From positions 13,722-77,721 of the forward strand of contig JBLNDA010000051.1 in the NCBI GenBank assembly GCA_050261175.1: a stretch of DNA of 64,000 bases, written 5' to 3'. The DNA is from Clostridia bacterium (lineage in GTDB: Bacteria > Bacillota > SHA-98 > UBA4971). Numbering within the stretch: the first letter of the stretch is position 1; each line of letters begins with the position of its first letter. The position numbers were made by a program, and so were the translations under genes. Shown piece by piece: positions 27,050 to 36,582 of the stretch. The notes under the pieces were generated by a model. That model saw only the letters and a program-made list of their open reading frames with translations. It made no database searches and was not told the DNA's origin.

Positions 27050-28295
27050 GGCTTCTCCTGGTCCTCACCTGCATCGCGATGATACGTATCCGCCGCAAGA
27101 ACCACACTGCGAGAGACGCGGCGATCATGAGCGCCAGCACGCGGGCGAGGGCGGCGAACGAGACTCCGAGGCGCGTGATGAACGGCACTCGTTCACTGGA
27201 CACCCGGGCGACGAAAGCCGGGACGACCATGCGCGCGAGACCGTGGCCCGCCGGGCTGATGAGTAGGACGGTGATGGCTCCGCTGATGACGGCCTGAACC
27301 ACGCGAGCCGTGATGTACGGGGCCATTCGGATGTCTGTGCCGCTGCACATCGTGGCAACCTGGGCGAAAACCGACAGTCCCGACCAGGCTATTATGGCGT
27401 TTGCAGCTACGAGGCGGTGAATGAGGGGCGCGGCGGCTTTGCTGGCGAGTTCAGACCCGAGGGTGATCTCGAAGAACCCGCTCACCAATGCCGGCACCAG
27501 CGCCGGGTCGAGGCCGAGCGCGCTCAGGGCGAGTGAGAGCGGAGCGGCCAGTAGTTCCGTCACCCTAGCCACGGCGAGGACCCTGATTATCACCGAGAAC
27601 ATGATTATGAATCCGCCGATCAGGAGCATGCTGTTTACCGAGTCCCTCACGGTGTCGCCGAGAAGCTGCCCGAACGTCCTCCCGTCCGCCTCTCGCGCTC
27701 GGTACAACTCGTCAAGGGCCCGCGCGAATATGTTCTCCTTGCGTCCGTCCAGCGGTCCGCGGCGTACCTGCGGTCCTCCGTGAAGCCTGAGCAGCACTCC
27801 GACGATCACGGCTGAGATGTAGTGAGCTCCGCAGATGGTGAGCCCGAGCGACGGCATACTGAACATCCCCACAGCCACCGCGCCCGCCATGAACAAGGGG
27901 TCAGCGGTGTTCGTGAAGCTGACCAGTCTCTCCCCTTCGATCTGGTTACACAAGTTCTGCTTGCGGAGGTTCGCTGTTATGCGGGCCCCGATTGGGTAGC
28001 CCCCTGTGAGCCCCATGGCGAACGCGAAAGCGCCAACGCCCGGCACGTCGAACACCGGCCTCATAAGAGGTTCGAGGAGCACGCCGAGGAAGTGGACGAC
28101 CCCCAAAGCCATGAGCGCTTCCGATGCGACGAAGAAGGGAAGCAGCGCCGGGAACACGACTTCCCACCAGACTCGCAGACCCTCCACCGAGGCTTCGAAC
28201 GCCACGTCTGGATAGACGATTATTGCGATAGTGACGAGAAGGGCGCACGCCGCCACGAAGTACGCCGCCCGCCGGGTGGTGGTCCGACCGGTCAT
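27012..28295 (-). CDS. ylbJ: sporulation integral membrane protein YlbJ (nucleoside-recognition-domain family)
   Basis: 427 aa polytopic protein. WWEVVFPALLPFF...GGYPIGA is typical of YlbJ. Lies in ylbH(rsmD)-coaD-ylbJ-ylbK-ylbL synteny. Confidence 0.85.
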   Translation of the reverse strand: MTGRTTTRRAAYFVAACALLVTIAIIVYPDVAFEASVEGLRVWWEVVFPALLPFFVASEALMALGVVHFLGVLLEPLMRPVFDVPGVGAFAFAMGLTGGYPIGARITANLRKQNLCNQIEGERLVSFTNTADPLFMAGAVAVGMFSMPSLGLTICGAHYISAVIVGVLLRLHGGPQVRRGPLDGRKENIFARALDELYRAREADGRTFGQLLGDTVRDSVNSMLLIGGFIIMFSVIIRVLAVARVTELLAAPLSLALSALGLDPALVPALVSGFFEITLGSELASKAAAPLIHRLVAANAIIAWSGLSVFAQVATMCSGTDIRMAPYITARVVQAVISGAITVLLISPAGHGLARMVVPAFVARVSSERVPFITRLGVSFAALARVLALMIAASLAVWFLRRIRIIAMQVRTRRSPSPSSSVPRRRA

Positions 28296-28741
28296 CGCAT
28301 ACCCGCCTCCCTGGCTTCCCGGCCGCCCTGACGCAGCCTTCCTGGAACCGCCGGGCTGTTCCCCGGTTGTCCCTAGATGTATATTTGGAGTGAAGGGGTG
28401 TTATGCTAAAGCGCCACTAAGTAGATCACCGCGAGTCAGCGCTGCCTCTCAGCGGACGAGTCCTGTCCGGGGCCGCCAGTGATTGCTCGACGCGGCGTCG
28501 GGGATCCGGCGCACCCGCCCGCCGCATCAGAACGAGGCGCGCCGCAAGCGCCGTCCCCGGAGGGTGACACCAGCGACCTTGATATCCTCCCTGCACTCTT
28601 GGCGACCAGGATGAAGACTTGCAGCGCCGCACTCAGACGGTGTAGCGCAGCAGCACCCCGGCGGTCGACTACGTAGGTGCAGGAGAACCCGCGGAATATC
28701 GGGCTCGTCCGGTTAATAGAGCTATTCTGTGGGGTGGTGGG

Positions 28742-29560
28742 ATGGCGTCTGCCCGAGGTCCACGCCCAAGGATCGGCCTCGCCCTCGGGGCCGGGTCAGC
28801 CCGGGGTCTTGCCCACATAGGGGTGTTGCAGGTCTTGGAGGAGTCGGGAGTGCCCGTCCACATGATAGTCGGCTCGAGCGCGGGCGCCCTCGTCGGCGGG
28901 ATCTATGCCGCGTGCCGCGATCTCGCTATGATGGAGCGGCTTGCGATGCACATCAAGTGGGATCACCTCGTGGACTTCTGCTTCCCCAGGATGGGCCTCA
29001 TCGCGGGAGAGAGGATCCTTGAGTTTCTGAGGATTCTCACAGGCGGGAGGTACTTTGCCGACCTCTCGGTGCCCTTTGCCGCCACCGCTGTGGACATAGA
29101 GACAGGTGAGGAGGTGCTCTTGAGGGAGGGCGAGGTTGCCCTCGCCATCCGGGCGAGCATAGCTGTGCCAGGGATCGTGGCGCCCGTGAGAGTCGGGGGC
29201 CGTCTCCTTGTGGACGGGGCGGTCCTGGACCGGGTCCCGGCCAGGTGCGCGCGGGAGATGGGGGCGGACTTCGTCATCGCAGTGTCCGCCGGCGGCAATG
29301 CCGGCGGGGCTCCAGACCGCCACCGGAGGGAGCCGGTACGGAACGTGTTCGAGGTGATCACCACCACCATTGAGCTGATGGAGCTCACCATACTCCGGCA
29401 GAGGATAATCGACGCCGACGTGGTGATAGCCCCGGACCTGACGGACATCGGCCCCACGCGACTCGATCTTGCGGCCGAGATCATCGAGCGGGGCAGGACG
29501 GCCGCGCGGGCGGCCCTCCCGAGGATAGCGGAGAGGTTGGAGGAGGTGTCGGCGTGGTAA
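28742..29560 (+). CDS. patatin-like phospholipase (YlbK/NTE family)
   Basis: GLALGAGSARGLAHIGV oxyanion motif, GSSAG nucleophile elbow, and DGA catalytic Asp. Confidence 0.85.
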   Translation: MASARGPRPRIGLALGAGSARGLAHIGVLQVLEESGVPVHMIVGSSAGALVGGIYAACRDLAMMERLAMHIKWDHLVDFCFPRMGLIAGERILEFLRILTGGRYFADLSVPFAATAVDIETGEEVLLREGEVALAIRASIAVPGIVAPVRVGGRLLVDGAVLDRVPARCAREMGADFVIAVSAGGNAGGAPDRHRREPVRNVFEVITTTIELMELTILRQRIIDADVVIAPDLTDIGPTRLDLAAEIIERGRTAARAALPRIAERLEEVSAW

Positions 29561-30570
29561 GTCGGAAGCGGGCCGCAGTCGCGCTTGCCGGGGCCCTCCT
29601 GACCGGCTGGGCGGCTCACGCTCATCTTGCCCGGAGTTACGTGGTCGTTGCGCCCGGGCCTGCGCAGAGCCTTTCCGAGATGGTGAAGGTGGAGGGAGGG
29701 AACCGGGACGCGAAGGGAACGTTCCTGCTCACCGCTGTGACCAGCGCTCCGGCGGGCATCCTGTCCCCTGTAACCGCCGGCTTGTCCCCCGCCGTGGACC
29801 TCGTGCCTCGCAGCCAGGAGATCCCACGTGGCATGGACACGAGGAAATACCTCAAGATCATGGAGAGCCTGATGAGAGAGAGCGAGGTGATCGCGGGGGC
29901 GGTCGCCCTTCGGAAGTTGGGATACGAGGTCAACGTGGAAACCGCGGTGAGGGTGGAGGAGGTGTTGAAGGAGGGCCCGGCGGAGGGGCTCCTCAGAGAG
30001 GGAGACGTGATTCTCGCCGTTGACGGGAAACCGGTAGGAACCGCTGATGAGGCCGTGAGAAGGATAGGTGCACGGAACCCGGGAACGCCGGTGGATCTCA
30101 CCGTGAGGCGGGCCGGACGAGTCAAGGACTTCACGATCCAGACGGTCCCGCACCCGGAGGACCGAGCGCGGGCGGCGGTGGGGATACTGGTCAGCGCCAG
30201 CATCACCCGCGACCTGCCTCTCGAGATCAGCATCGACCCGCGTGAGATAAAGGGCTCATCCGCAGGGCTCATGTTCACCCTCGAGATCCTCGATCAACTC
30301 GACCCGCGGGATCTCACGAGCGGCCACGTCATAGCGGGCACGGGGACCGTTGATCTGGACGGCGCGGTGGGGCCCGTAGGCGGGGTGAAGCAGAAAGCGG
30401 CCGCCGCTGAACGCGCAGGCGCCCGGTACTTCCTGGTCCCCGTCGAAAACGAGGAGGCGGCCAAGGCGGCCAGTACCCGTCTCGAGGTCATCGCAGTGAG
30501 AGACGTCGACGATGCCTTGAGGGCGTTGGAGGAGATTGCAAGGAGGGGAAACGACACTTCTGGAGAATAA
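29554..30570 (+). CDS. PDZ domain / Lon-like S16 protease domain protein (YlbL family)
   Basis: N-terminal TM segment, PDZ segment (GDVILAVDGKPV), and Lon_C motifs GSSAGLMFTLEI and GTGTVDLDGAVGPVGGVKQK. Confidence 0.85.
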   Translation: MVSRKRAAVALAGALLTGWAAHAHLARSYVVVAPGPAQSLSEMVKVEGGNRDAKGTFLLTAVTSAPAGILSPVTAGLSPAVDLVPRSQEIPRGMDTRKYLKIMESLMRESEVIAGAVALRKLGYEVNVETAVRVEEVLKEGPAEGLLREGDVILAVDGKPVGTADEAVRRIGARNPGTPVDLTVRRAGRVKDFTIQTVPHPEDRARAAVGILVSASITRDLPLEISIDPREIKGSSAGLMFTLEILDQLDPRDLTSGHVIAGTGTVDLDGAVGPVGGVKQKAAAAERAGARYFLVPVENEEAAKAASTRLEVIAVRDVDDALRALEEIARRGNDTSGE

Positions 30571-30763
30571 TGCAACCTGGTAGGAGTCCCGGCAGGGGTT
30601 GTTGAGGAGTCTTTCCCATGCTTGGAGGAGCCGGTGATCCGACTCGCGGAGAGTGCAGCGGCTGCAACCAGTGCGGCGGGTGAGCTCTCTGGAACCAGCG
30701 GTTACTCACGGCGGTGTCCCAGTTCGCCGGGCGGCGCGGAGCCGCGGGCGTCAGGAGGCGAGT

Positions 30764-31654
30764 GTGTTGAGCGGGCTTGCACTGGGACGTGCACGCGTGC
30801 TTGTGGTTGCAGCTCTCATCACCGTGCTCTTTGCGTGTACATGCCCCTCGGTGGTGGACGCATACTCCCGTGTGTTGAGGAAGGGCATGACAGGGGAAGA
30901 CGTGGTGCTGCTGCAAGATGGCCTCGCGAGCCTCGGAATCTACACCGGCGAGTGTGACGGCGTGTTCGGCGACGGCACTCTACGTGCGGTGGAGGATTTC
31001 CAACGGGCGCAGGGACTGCGGGCGGACGGTGTAGTGGGCGCGTCCACCTGGGAACGCCTCGAGGCCGAGCTTGGAAAGGAGCGCGGGAGGACGTACAGCG
31101 TGACCCAGGGGGACAGCCTGTGGGCCATCGCGAGGCAGTTCGGGGTGGAAGTGGAGGACATAGTGCGCGTAAACGACATCCGCGACCCATCCTCCATCGC
31201 GGTCGGACAGGAGCTTCGAATTCCGGGGGCGGGGAATGTTCCATCGAGGGGCGGGCGCGGGCCCATTGAGGTCCTCCATTGGGACGACGTGAAGAGTCTC
31301 TTCAGGTCCTACGCCACCGTGGTGGATGTCCGCACAGGGCTGTCCTTTCGCGTGAGGCGGAGGGGCGGACACCTTCACGCTGACGCGGAACCCGCCACCT
31401 CCAAGGACACTGCGGTCATGAAAAAGGTGTACGGAGGCAGGTGGAGCTGGGACCGGCGTCCCGTTGTGGTGGAGGTGGCCGGGAGGCGGGTTGCGGCTTC
31501 CATGAACGGGATGCCGCACGGCGGGGAGGCAGTCCGGGACAACGGTTTCCCAGGGCATTTCTGCATTCACTTCTCCGGAAGCAAGCTGCACAGCTCCGGT
31601 GAGGCGGACCCCGAACACCAGGCGTGTGTGCGGGAGGCGGCCGCAAGTGAGTGA
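30764..31654 (+). CDS. cell-wall-binding protein: PG_binding_1 + LysM + unassigned C-terminal domain
   Basis: TM/signal segment RARVLVVAALITVLFA. PG-binding repeat (GEDVVLLQDGLASLGIY..DGVFGDGT). LysM (YSVTQGDSLWAIARQFGV). GTG 30764 follows a GGAGG RBS. Confidence 0.75.
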   Translation: MLSGLALGRARVLVVAALITVLFACTCPSVVDAYSRVLRKGMTGEDVVLLQDGLASLGIYTGECDGVFGDGTLRAVEDFQRAQGLRADGVVGASTWERLEAELGKERGRTYSVTQGDSLWAIARQFGVEVEDIVRVNDIRDPSSIAVGQELRIPGAGNVPSRGGRGPIEVLHWDDVKSLFRSYATVVDVRTGLSFRVRRRGGHLHADAEPATSKDTAVMKKVYGGRWSWDRRPVVVEVAGRRVAASMNGMPHGGEAVRDNGFPGHFCIHFSGSKLHSSGEADPEHQACVREAAASE

Positions 31655-31677
31655 CCGCCCCGTCCTCCGGCTTTTTC

Positions 31678-31706
31678 TTGACGCCAGGGATGCCCTGGCG
31701 TATAAT
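31678..31706 (+). promoter_or_regulatory. sigma-A consensus-like promoter TTGACG-N17-TATAAT
   Basis: Exact spacing. The spacer contains the palindrome CCAGGG-atg-CCCTGG. Upstream of yceD-rpmF. Confidence 0.6.
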
Positions 31707-31735
31707 TTGTGTTGCTGTGCGGGGGCGTGCTCGCT

Positions 31736-32290
31736 GTGTGGATCGATATCTCGACCATCAAGGACACGAAGGGCGCCAGTATCGAGGTAGAGCTATCGGA
31801 GCCCGTCGGGGGCCTGGGCGCGGCCGGCAGGGAGATTGAGGTCCGAGCTCCTGTCGAGGTCCGAGCGAGGGTCACCAACACCGGGCACGGCGCTCTGTTG
31901 GTGCAGGGAACGGCGAGGGCTCGGCTCAGGGTCACGTGCGACAGGTGCCTTGCGCCGTTCGAGCTAGAAGTCGTATGCGATTTCGAGCAGCAATGCGTCA
32001 GGGGGCGTGAAGACGGCCACCCGACTCGTCCCTCCGGGGATGAGGGGCGAACGGACGACGTGTGCGAGTACCGCGGTGATCTCGTGGATATCGGGCCCGG
32101 CGTGAGAGAGAGCCTTTCCCTCGCAATACCCATCAAGCTGGTATGCAACGACGAGTGCAAGGGCCTGTGCCCGTCGTGCGGGAAGAACCTCAACGAGGGT
32201 CCATGTGATTGCACTGGAAGGCCTTACGACGTCCGCTTCGCGGCTTTGGCGGACCTCGACCTTCACAGGCGGACAGGCAACGAAGACTGA
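31736..32290 (+). CDS. YceD/YlbN (DUF177) ribosome-associated protein
   Basis: CDRCL ... DECKGLCPSCGKNLNEGPCDC, and a conserved position upstream of rpmF. Start placed downstream of the mapped promoter; the ORF is open from 31709. Confidence 0.8.
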   Translation: MWIDISTIKDTKGASIEVELSEPVGGLGAAGREIEVRAPVEVRARVTNTGHGALLVQGTARARLRVTCDRCLAPFELEVVCDFEQQCVRGREDGHPTRPSGDEGRTDDVCEYRGDLVDIGPGVRESLSLAIPIKLVCNDECKGLCPSCGKNLNEGPCDCTGRPYDVRFAALADLDLHRRTGNED

Positions 32291-32340
32291 GAGACAGCAA
32301 GAAACAGGCTCAAACCTTTCCGGACAGGAGTGGACTAGAG

Positions 32341-32544
32341 ATGGCCAACCCCAAGGGCAAGTTCGGGAAATCTAGGACGAGGAAACGCCGGGCGACATGG
32401 AAGATCGACGCGCCCGCGTTCGCGACATGTCCGAAATGCCACGCTGTGAGAATGCCTCACCGGGTGTGCCCTGAATGCGGGTACTACAACGGGCGCGAGG
32501 TCGTGGAGGTCGAAGAGGAGAAGAAGAAGAGGAAGGAAGCGTGA
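32341..32544 (+). CDS. rpmF: 50S ribosomal protein L32
   Basis: MANPKGKFGKSRTRKRRA..CPKCHAVRMPHRVCPECGYYNGREV. Confidence 0.92.
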   Translation: MANPKGKFGKSRTRKRRATWKIDAPAFATCPKCHAVRMPHRVCPECGYYNGREVVEVEEEKKKRKEA

Positions 32545-32702
32545 GCCTTTCCTTGCCGCCCGGTTCTCGGGCGGACGGGAGGTTCCTTCGAGACGAAACC
32601 GTTGAATCTTAGGGTCTAGGCGGCGTTCGGCTTCTCTCCAGCCCCGTGTGTGGCGCGCACGGACGGTTCTGGCTCTTGCGTGTGATCGCCGCTGGTTGCC
32701 CA

Positions 32703-32750
32703 GCCCGAGGTGAGCTTCGGTGGGAGCGCTCGCCTGTCGGGCTTCTTTTT
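32703..32750 (+). terminator. possible terminator ~160 nt after rpmF
   Basis: GCCCGA...TCGGGC stem enclosing an inner hairpin, followed by TTCTTTTT. Confidence 0.35.
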
Positions 32751-32867
32751 CGTTGAGGCCGCTTGCCTCTAGCCCAGGGTGCGTCAGTTCCAGCCCGCCT
32801 CTGCGCCGGATTGTCCTTCTGTCCCGGCCTTTCGTCTCGGCGCGTCCCTGGGCGCCGTAGTCCGGAC

Positions 32868-32896
32868 TTGCAAACGCTCGGGCGGCGGTGTATACT
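32868..32896 (+). promoter_or_regulatory. fapR operon promoter TTGCAA-N17-TATACT
   Basis: Exact 17-nt spacer, immediately upstream of the palindromic operator. Confidence 0.55.
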
Positions 32897-32898
32897 GG

Positions 32899-32917
32899 AT
32901 TAGCAGCAGATGCTAAT
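32899..32917. promoter_or_regulatory. candidate FapR operator ATTAGCA-N5-TGCTAAT
   Basis: Perfect 7+7 inverted repeat starting 3 nt after the -10 hexamer. Same position and TTAG..CTAA character as Bacillus FapR boxes. Confidence 0.55.
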
Positions 32918-33011
32918 ACGTGGTCTCAACAAGAGTCCAAGAGGGGCGGCGGTCTTCCCGCCGGTTGCCCTGCCACGCAGGACGGCCCCTCTTCAAGGAG
33001 CGATAGCCGAA

Positions 33012-33623
33012 TTGGGTGCAAGAGCATCCAAGTCCGAGCGCCACCAGCGCCTTCGAGAGATACTTGAAAGCGATCCCTTCGTCACCGACAGGGAGCTCGC
33101 GAGGAAGCTGGGCGTCAGCGTTCAGACGATCCGTCTGGACAGGCTGGAACTCGGCATCCCCGAATCACGTGAGCGCACTAGGAAAGTGGCCGAGGAAGCC
33201 ACGAAGAACGTGCGGTCCGTGATGACCGGAGAGGTCATCGGCGACCTGGTCCACGTGTCGCTGGGGCAAGAGGGTGTGTCGATCCTTGAGCCCACGGCTG
33301 ACATGGCTTTCAAGCGCACGGGCATCGTGAGGGGACATCACATTTTCGCCCAGGCCAACTCGCTCGCCGTCGCGCTCGTCGACGCGGAAGTCGCCCTGAC
33401 GGGCACGGCGAGCGTGAGGTTCCTGCGGCCCGTAAGGGCGGGTGACAGGCTCGTGGCGAAAGCGAGAGTGACGGACCGGGTCGGCCGGAGGTATCACGTG
33501 AACGTGGTCTCGCAAGTTGCGGACGAGGACGTATTCAAAGGCGAGTTCGTCGTGTTCGCATTGGATTCCTCGCCCGGGGAGGTCACGGCTGAGGGAGGTA
33601 GCCTGCATGAGAATCGCCCTTGA
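33012..33623 (+). CDS. fapR: fatty acid/phospholipid biosynthesis repressor FapR
   Basis: SKSERHQRLREILESDPFVTDRELARKLGVSVQTIRLDRLELGIPE is colinear with B. subtilis FapR, plus a hot-dog thioesterase-like domain. TTG start after AAGGAG. Confidence 0.85.
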   Translation: MGARASKSERHQRLREILESDPFVTDRELARKLGVSVQTIRLDRLELGIPESRERTRKVAEEATKNVRSVMTGEVIGDLVHVSLGQEGVSILEPTADMAFKRTGIVRGHHIFAQANSLAVALVDAEVALTGTASVRFLRPVRAGDRLVAKARVTDRVGRRYHVNVVSQVADEDVFKGEFVVFALDSSPGEVTAEGGSLHENRP

Positions 33624-34632
33624 CGCGATGGGAGGGGACTTCGCACCCGCTGAGACGGTAGCCGGCGCCATGCTGGCCGCGAAGGAGCTTGGCGTGGAGG
33701 TCGTGCTCGTCGGGGACAAGGAGACTATCGAAGACCGATTGTCGGCGCTCGGAGGCGCGAAAGGGCTTGCGGTTTCAGTGGTCCATGCGGGCGGTGTGAT
33801 CCCCATGGACGAGCACCATCCGGTCGAGGCGCTCCGCAGGACGCGCGACGCATCGGTGCTCGTCGCAGCGGACCTCGTGGCGAGGGGCGAGGCTTTGGCG
33901 ATGGTGTCAGCCGGCAACACGGGAGCGGCCATGATATCCGCCATCATGAGGCAGAAGCGGATACGAGGCGTGGATAGACCAGCCATAGCCACGGTGTTCC
34001 CCACCACGGCCGGGTACTGTCTCCTCATCGACGCTGGCGCCAACTCCGAATGCAGGCCCCACCACATCTTGACCTTCGCCCAGATGGGCGTGGCATACGC
34101 GAAAAGCGTCATGGGGATACCCACGCCAACAGTGGCTCTCCTCAGCAACGGTGAGGAGGAGACGAAAGGCACGGAACTCGTGATCGCCGCTCACGAACTA
34201 CTCTCGAAGGCAGACCTGGGTTTCATCGGCAACATCGAAGGCAAGGACATCCCGTTCGGCAAAGCCGATGTGGTGGTGACCGACGGGTTCACGGGGAACA
34301 TCGTCCTCAAGTTGGCGGAAGGCGTGGGCGAGGCCATCGTGAGCATGTTGAAAGACTCCATAAGCAAGAGCCTTGTGTACAAGATAGGCGCCTTGCTTGC
34401 TCGGCCTGCTCTCAAAGCCCTCGCGAAGCGTATGGACTACTCGGAGTACGGGGGGGCTCTGCTCCTGGGCGTCAACGGCGTGACCGTAATAGCTCACGGT
34501 CGGTCCAAGGCCAGGGCCATAAAGAACGCGATACGCGCCGCGAAGTCGGCGTGCGACGGAGGCGTCGTGGCTTCCATCGCGGAAATGGTCGCGGCCGGCG
34601 GATATGAAGGAGGAAACGATGTTGGAAGCTAG
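33607..34632 (+). CDS. plsX: phosphate acyltransferase PlsX
   Basis: MRIALDAMGGDFAP, with GFTGN and HGRS motifs. Confidence 0.92.
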   Translation: MRIALDAMGGDFAPAETVAGAMLAAKELGVEVVLVGDKETIEDRLSALGGAKGLAVSVVHAGGVIPMDEHHPVEALRRTRDASVLVAADLVARGEALAMVSAGNTGAAMISAIMRQKRIRGVDRPAIATVFPTTAGYCLLIDAGANSECRPHHILTFAQMGVAYAKSVMGIPTPTVALLSNGEEETKGTELVIAAHELLSKADLGFIGNIEGKDIPFGKADVVVTDGFTGNIVLKLAEGVGEAIVSMLKDSISKSLVYKIGALLARPALKALAKRMDYSEYGGALLLGVNGVTVIAHGRSKARAIKNAIRAAKSACDGGVVASIAEMVAAGGYEGGNDVGS

Positions 34633-35641
34633 TGCGAAGGCTCTGCGGGGAGCCGGCATCGCGGGGACGGGCGCTGCAGTGCCTGAGGGTGTCCTGAGCA
34701 ATTTCGACCTCGAGAAGATGGTGGACACAAGCGATGCGTGGATAGTGGAGCGCACCGGGATTAGAGAGAGGCGAATAGCGCGCGACGGAGAGGTGACCTC
34801 AGACCTCGCGGCGCGGGCCGCCCGGCTGGCGCTGGACGACGCCGGGGTGCCCGCTGAGGACGTAGATCTCGTGATAGTCGCGACCGTAACCCCCGACATG
34901 CCGTTCCCGTCGTGCGCGTGCGTCGTCCAGGGCAAGATCGGTGCCTCCAAGGCTGCGGCGTTCGACATCGGGGCAGGCTGCACAGGGTTCGTGTACGCGC
35001 TTTCAGTGGCCCACAGTCTCGTGTCGGCTGGGAGATACAGCAACGTTCTCGTCATCGGGGCCGAAACCCTGTCGAGGATCGTAAACTGGAGGGACCGCAA
35101 CACGTGTGTGCTCTTCGGCGACGGGGCGGGGGCGGCGCTCGTGAGGCCGCTGGAACGCGGCGATGGGATCGTCGCTTGCACCCTCGGCGCGGACGGCACG
35201 AGGGGTGACCTGCTCACACTCCCGGGCGGAGGATCAGCCCACCCGGCGTCCCGCGACACCGTGGATGAAGGCCTTCACTACATTCACATGCAGGGCAACC
35301 AGGTGTACCGGTTCGCTGTGAGGATAATGGTGGACGCGACCCGGGAGGTCCTCGCGAAGGCCGGGCTTGCGGAGGACGACGTCGACCTAGTCATCCCTCA
35401 CCAGGCCAACCAGAGGCTCCTCGACCTCGCTGCGGAGCGACTTGGGGCCCCCGAGAAAGTGTATTCCAACGTGGCGAGGTTCGGGAACACGTCCGCCGCT
35501 TCCATCCCGATAGCACTCGATGAAGCGTCGAGAACGGGCAAGCTCGAAGCGGGCGCCCGCGTCCTGCTGGTCGCTTTCGGAGCGGGCCTTACTTGGGGGG
35601 CCGCCATACTTCGTTGGTGCAAGGATGAGTTCCGTGAGTAG
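34604..35641 (+). CDS. fabH: 3-oxoacyl-ACP synthase III
   Basis: TSDAWIVERTGIRERR, active-site GAGCTGF, HQANxR, and GNTSAAS. Confidence 0.9.
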   Translation: MKEETMLEASAKALRGAGIAGTGAAVPEGVLSNFDLEKMVDTSDAWIVERTGIRERRIARDGEVTSDLAARAARLALDDAGVPAEDVDLVIVATVTPDMPFPSCACVVQGKIGASKAAAFDIGAGCTGFVYALSVAHSLVSAGRYSNVLVIGAETLSRIVNWRDRNTCVLFGDGAGAALVRPLERGDGIVACTLGADGTRGDLLTLPGGGSAHPASRDTVDEGLHYIHMQGNQVYRFAVRIMVDATREVLAKAGLAEDDVDLVIPHQANQRLLDLAAERLGAPEKVYSNVARFGNTSAASIPIALDEASRTGKLEAGARVLLVAFGAGLTWGAAILRWCKDEFRE

Positions 35642-36581
35642 GATAGCCCTTGTCTTCCCCGGGCAGGGGGCGCAGTACCCGGGGATGGGCAGAGAGCTCG
35701 CATCGCGGTACGCCGAGGCTCGGCGCGTGTTTGAAGAGGCCGATGAGGCCCTGGGGTTTGGCCTGTCGGAAATGTGTTTTCGAGGATCTCCCGAGGATCT
35801 CGCGCTTACGCGAAATACCCAGCCCGCAGTGCTCGCGGTGAGCGTGGCGGTTTTCAAGGTGTTGAAGTCGATGGGGGTTGTCCCGGGCGTCGTCGCCGGG
35901 CACAGCCTTGGGGAGTACTCGGCGCTCGTGGCCGCGGGCTCCTTGGAGTTCGCCGAGGCGATTCGTCTTGTGAGGAAGCGCGGGGAACTGATGCAGAGGG
36001 CCGTGCCGCCCGGAGCGGGGACGATGGCCGCTGTCATCGGCCTCGGGCGTGATGCGGTGGAGCGGTGCTGCAGGGCCGCTCGCGATGCCGGCGCAGGCGA
36101 AGTCGAACCGGCAAACTTCAACGCGCCGGATCAGATAGTGATTTCCGGCGAGACTGCGGCGGTGAAGTCAGCTGGTGAGTTGTGCACCGAAGCAGGCGCG
36201 CGGCGCGTCATCCCACTGAAGGTGAGCGGGCCGTTTCATTCGAAGCTCATGGCCGGTGCAGCCTCGGCGTTCGAGGCCGAACTCAGGAAGGCCGAGATAG
36301 GAACGCCAGATGTGCCCGTCGTGTGCAACGTGACTGGCCGGGCATCGTGTGACGCGGTGGAGTTGAGGGAGATGCTCGTCCGGCAGATATCTTCCCCGGT
36401 GCTGTGGGAGGAGTCGGTCAGGTACATGTGGGAGGCCGGGGCGCGGGCATTCGTGGAAGCGGGTCCGGGCAAGACGCTTACGGGCCTTGCCGGGCGCATC
36501 GTGCCGGAGGCGCAGGCGGTGGCAGCGGAAGCGTCGGCTCCTCTGGAAGACACGCTTGAATTCATCAAGGGGGTCCTGTAA
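35625..36581 (+). CDS. fabD: malonyl-CoA:ACP transacylase
   Basis: FPGQGAQYPGMG, GHSLGEYSAL, and SGPFHS. Confidence 0.92.
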   Translation: MSSVSRIALVFPGQGAQYPGMGRELASRYAEARRVFEEADEALGFGLSEMCFRGSPEDLALTRNTQPAVLAVSVAVFKVLKSMGVVPGVVAGHSLGEYSALVAAGSLEFAEAIRLVRKRGELMQRAVPPGAGTMAAVIGLGRDAVERCCRAARDAGAGEVEPANFNAPDQIVISGETAAVKSAGELCTEAGARRVIPLKVSGPFHSKLMAGAASAFEAELRKAEIGTPDVPVVCNVTGRASCDAVELREMLVRQISSPVLWEESVRYMWEAGARAFVEAGPGKTLTGLAGRIVPEAQAVAAEASAPLEDTLEFIKGVL

Positions 36582-36582
36582 T

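Noticed and set aside
28296-28420. Sigma-E-type promoter upstream of ylbJ (GCATAAC ... TATACATC on the minus strand)
   Set aside because: The spacer is ~16 nt rather than ~14, and both boxes are imperfect. Not supportable from sequence alone.
32910-33011. N-terminal 34-codon extension of the fapR ORF (ATG 32910)
   Set aside because: The ATG lies inside the predicted operator/+1 region. Homology to FapR begins near residue 35, and TTG 33012 has an AAGGAG RBS.
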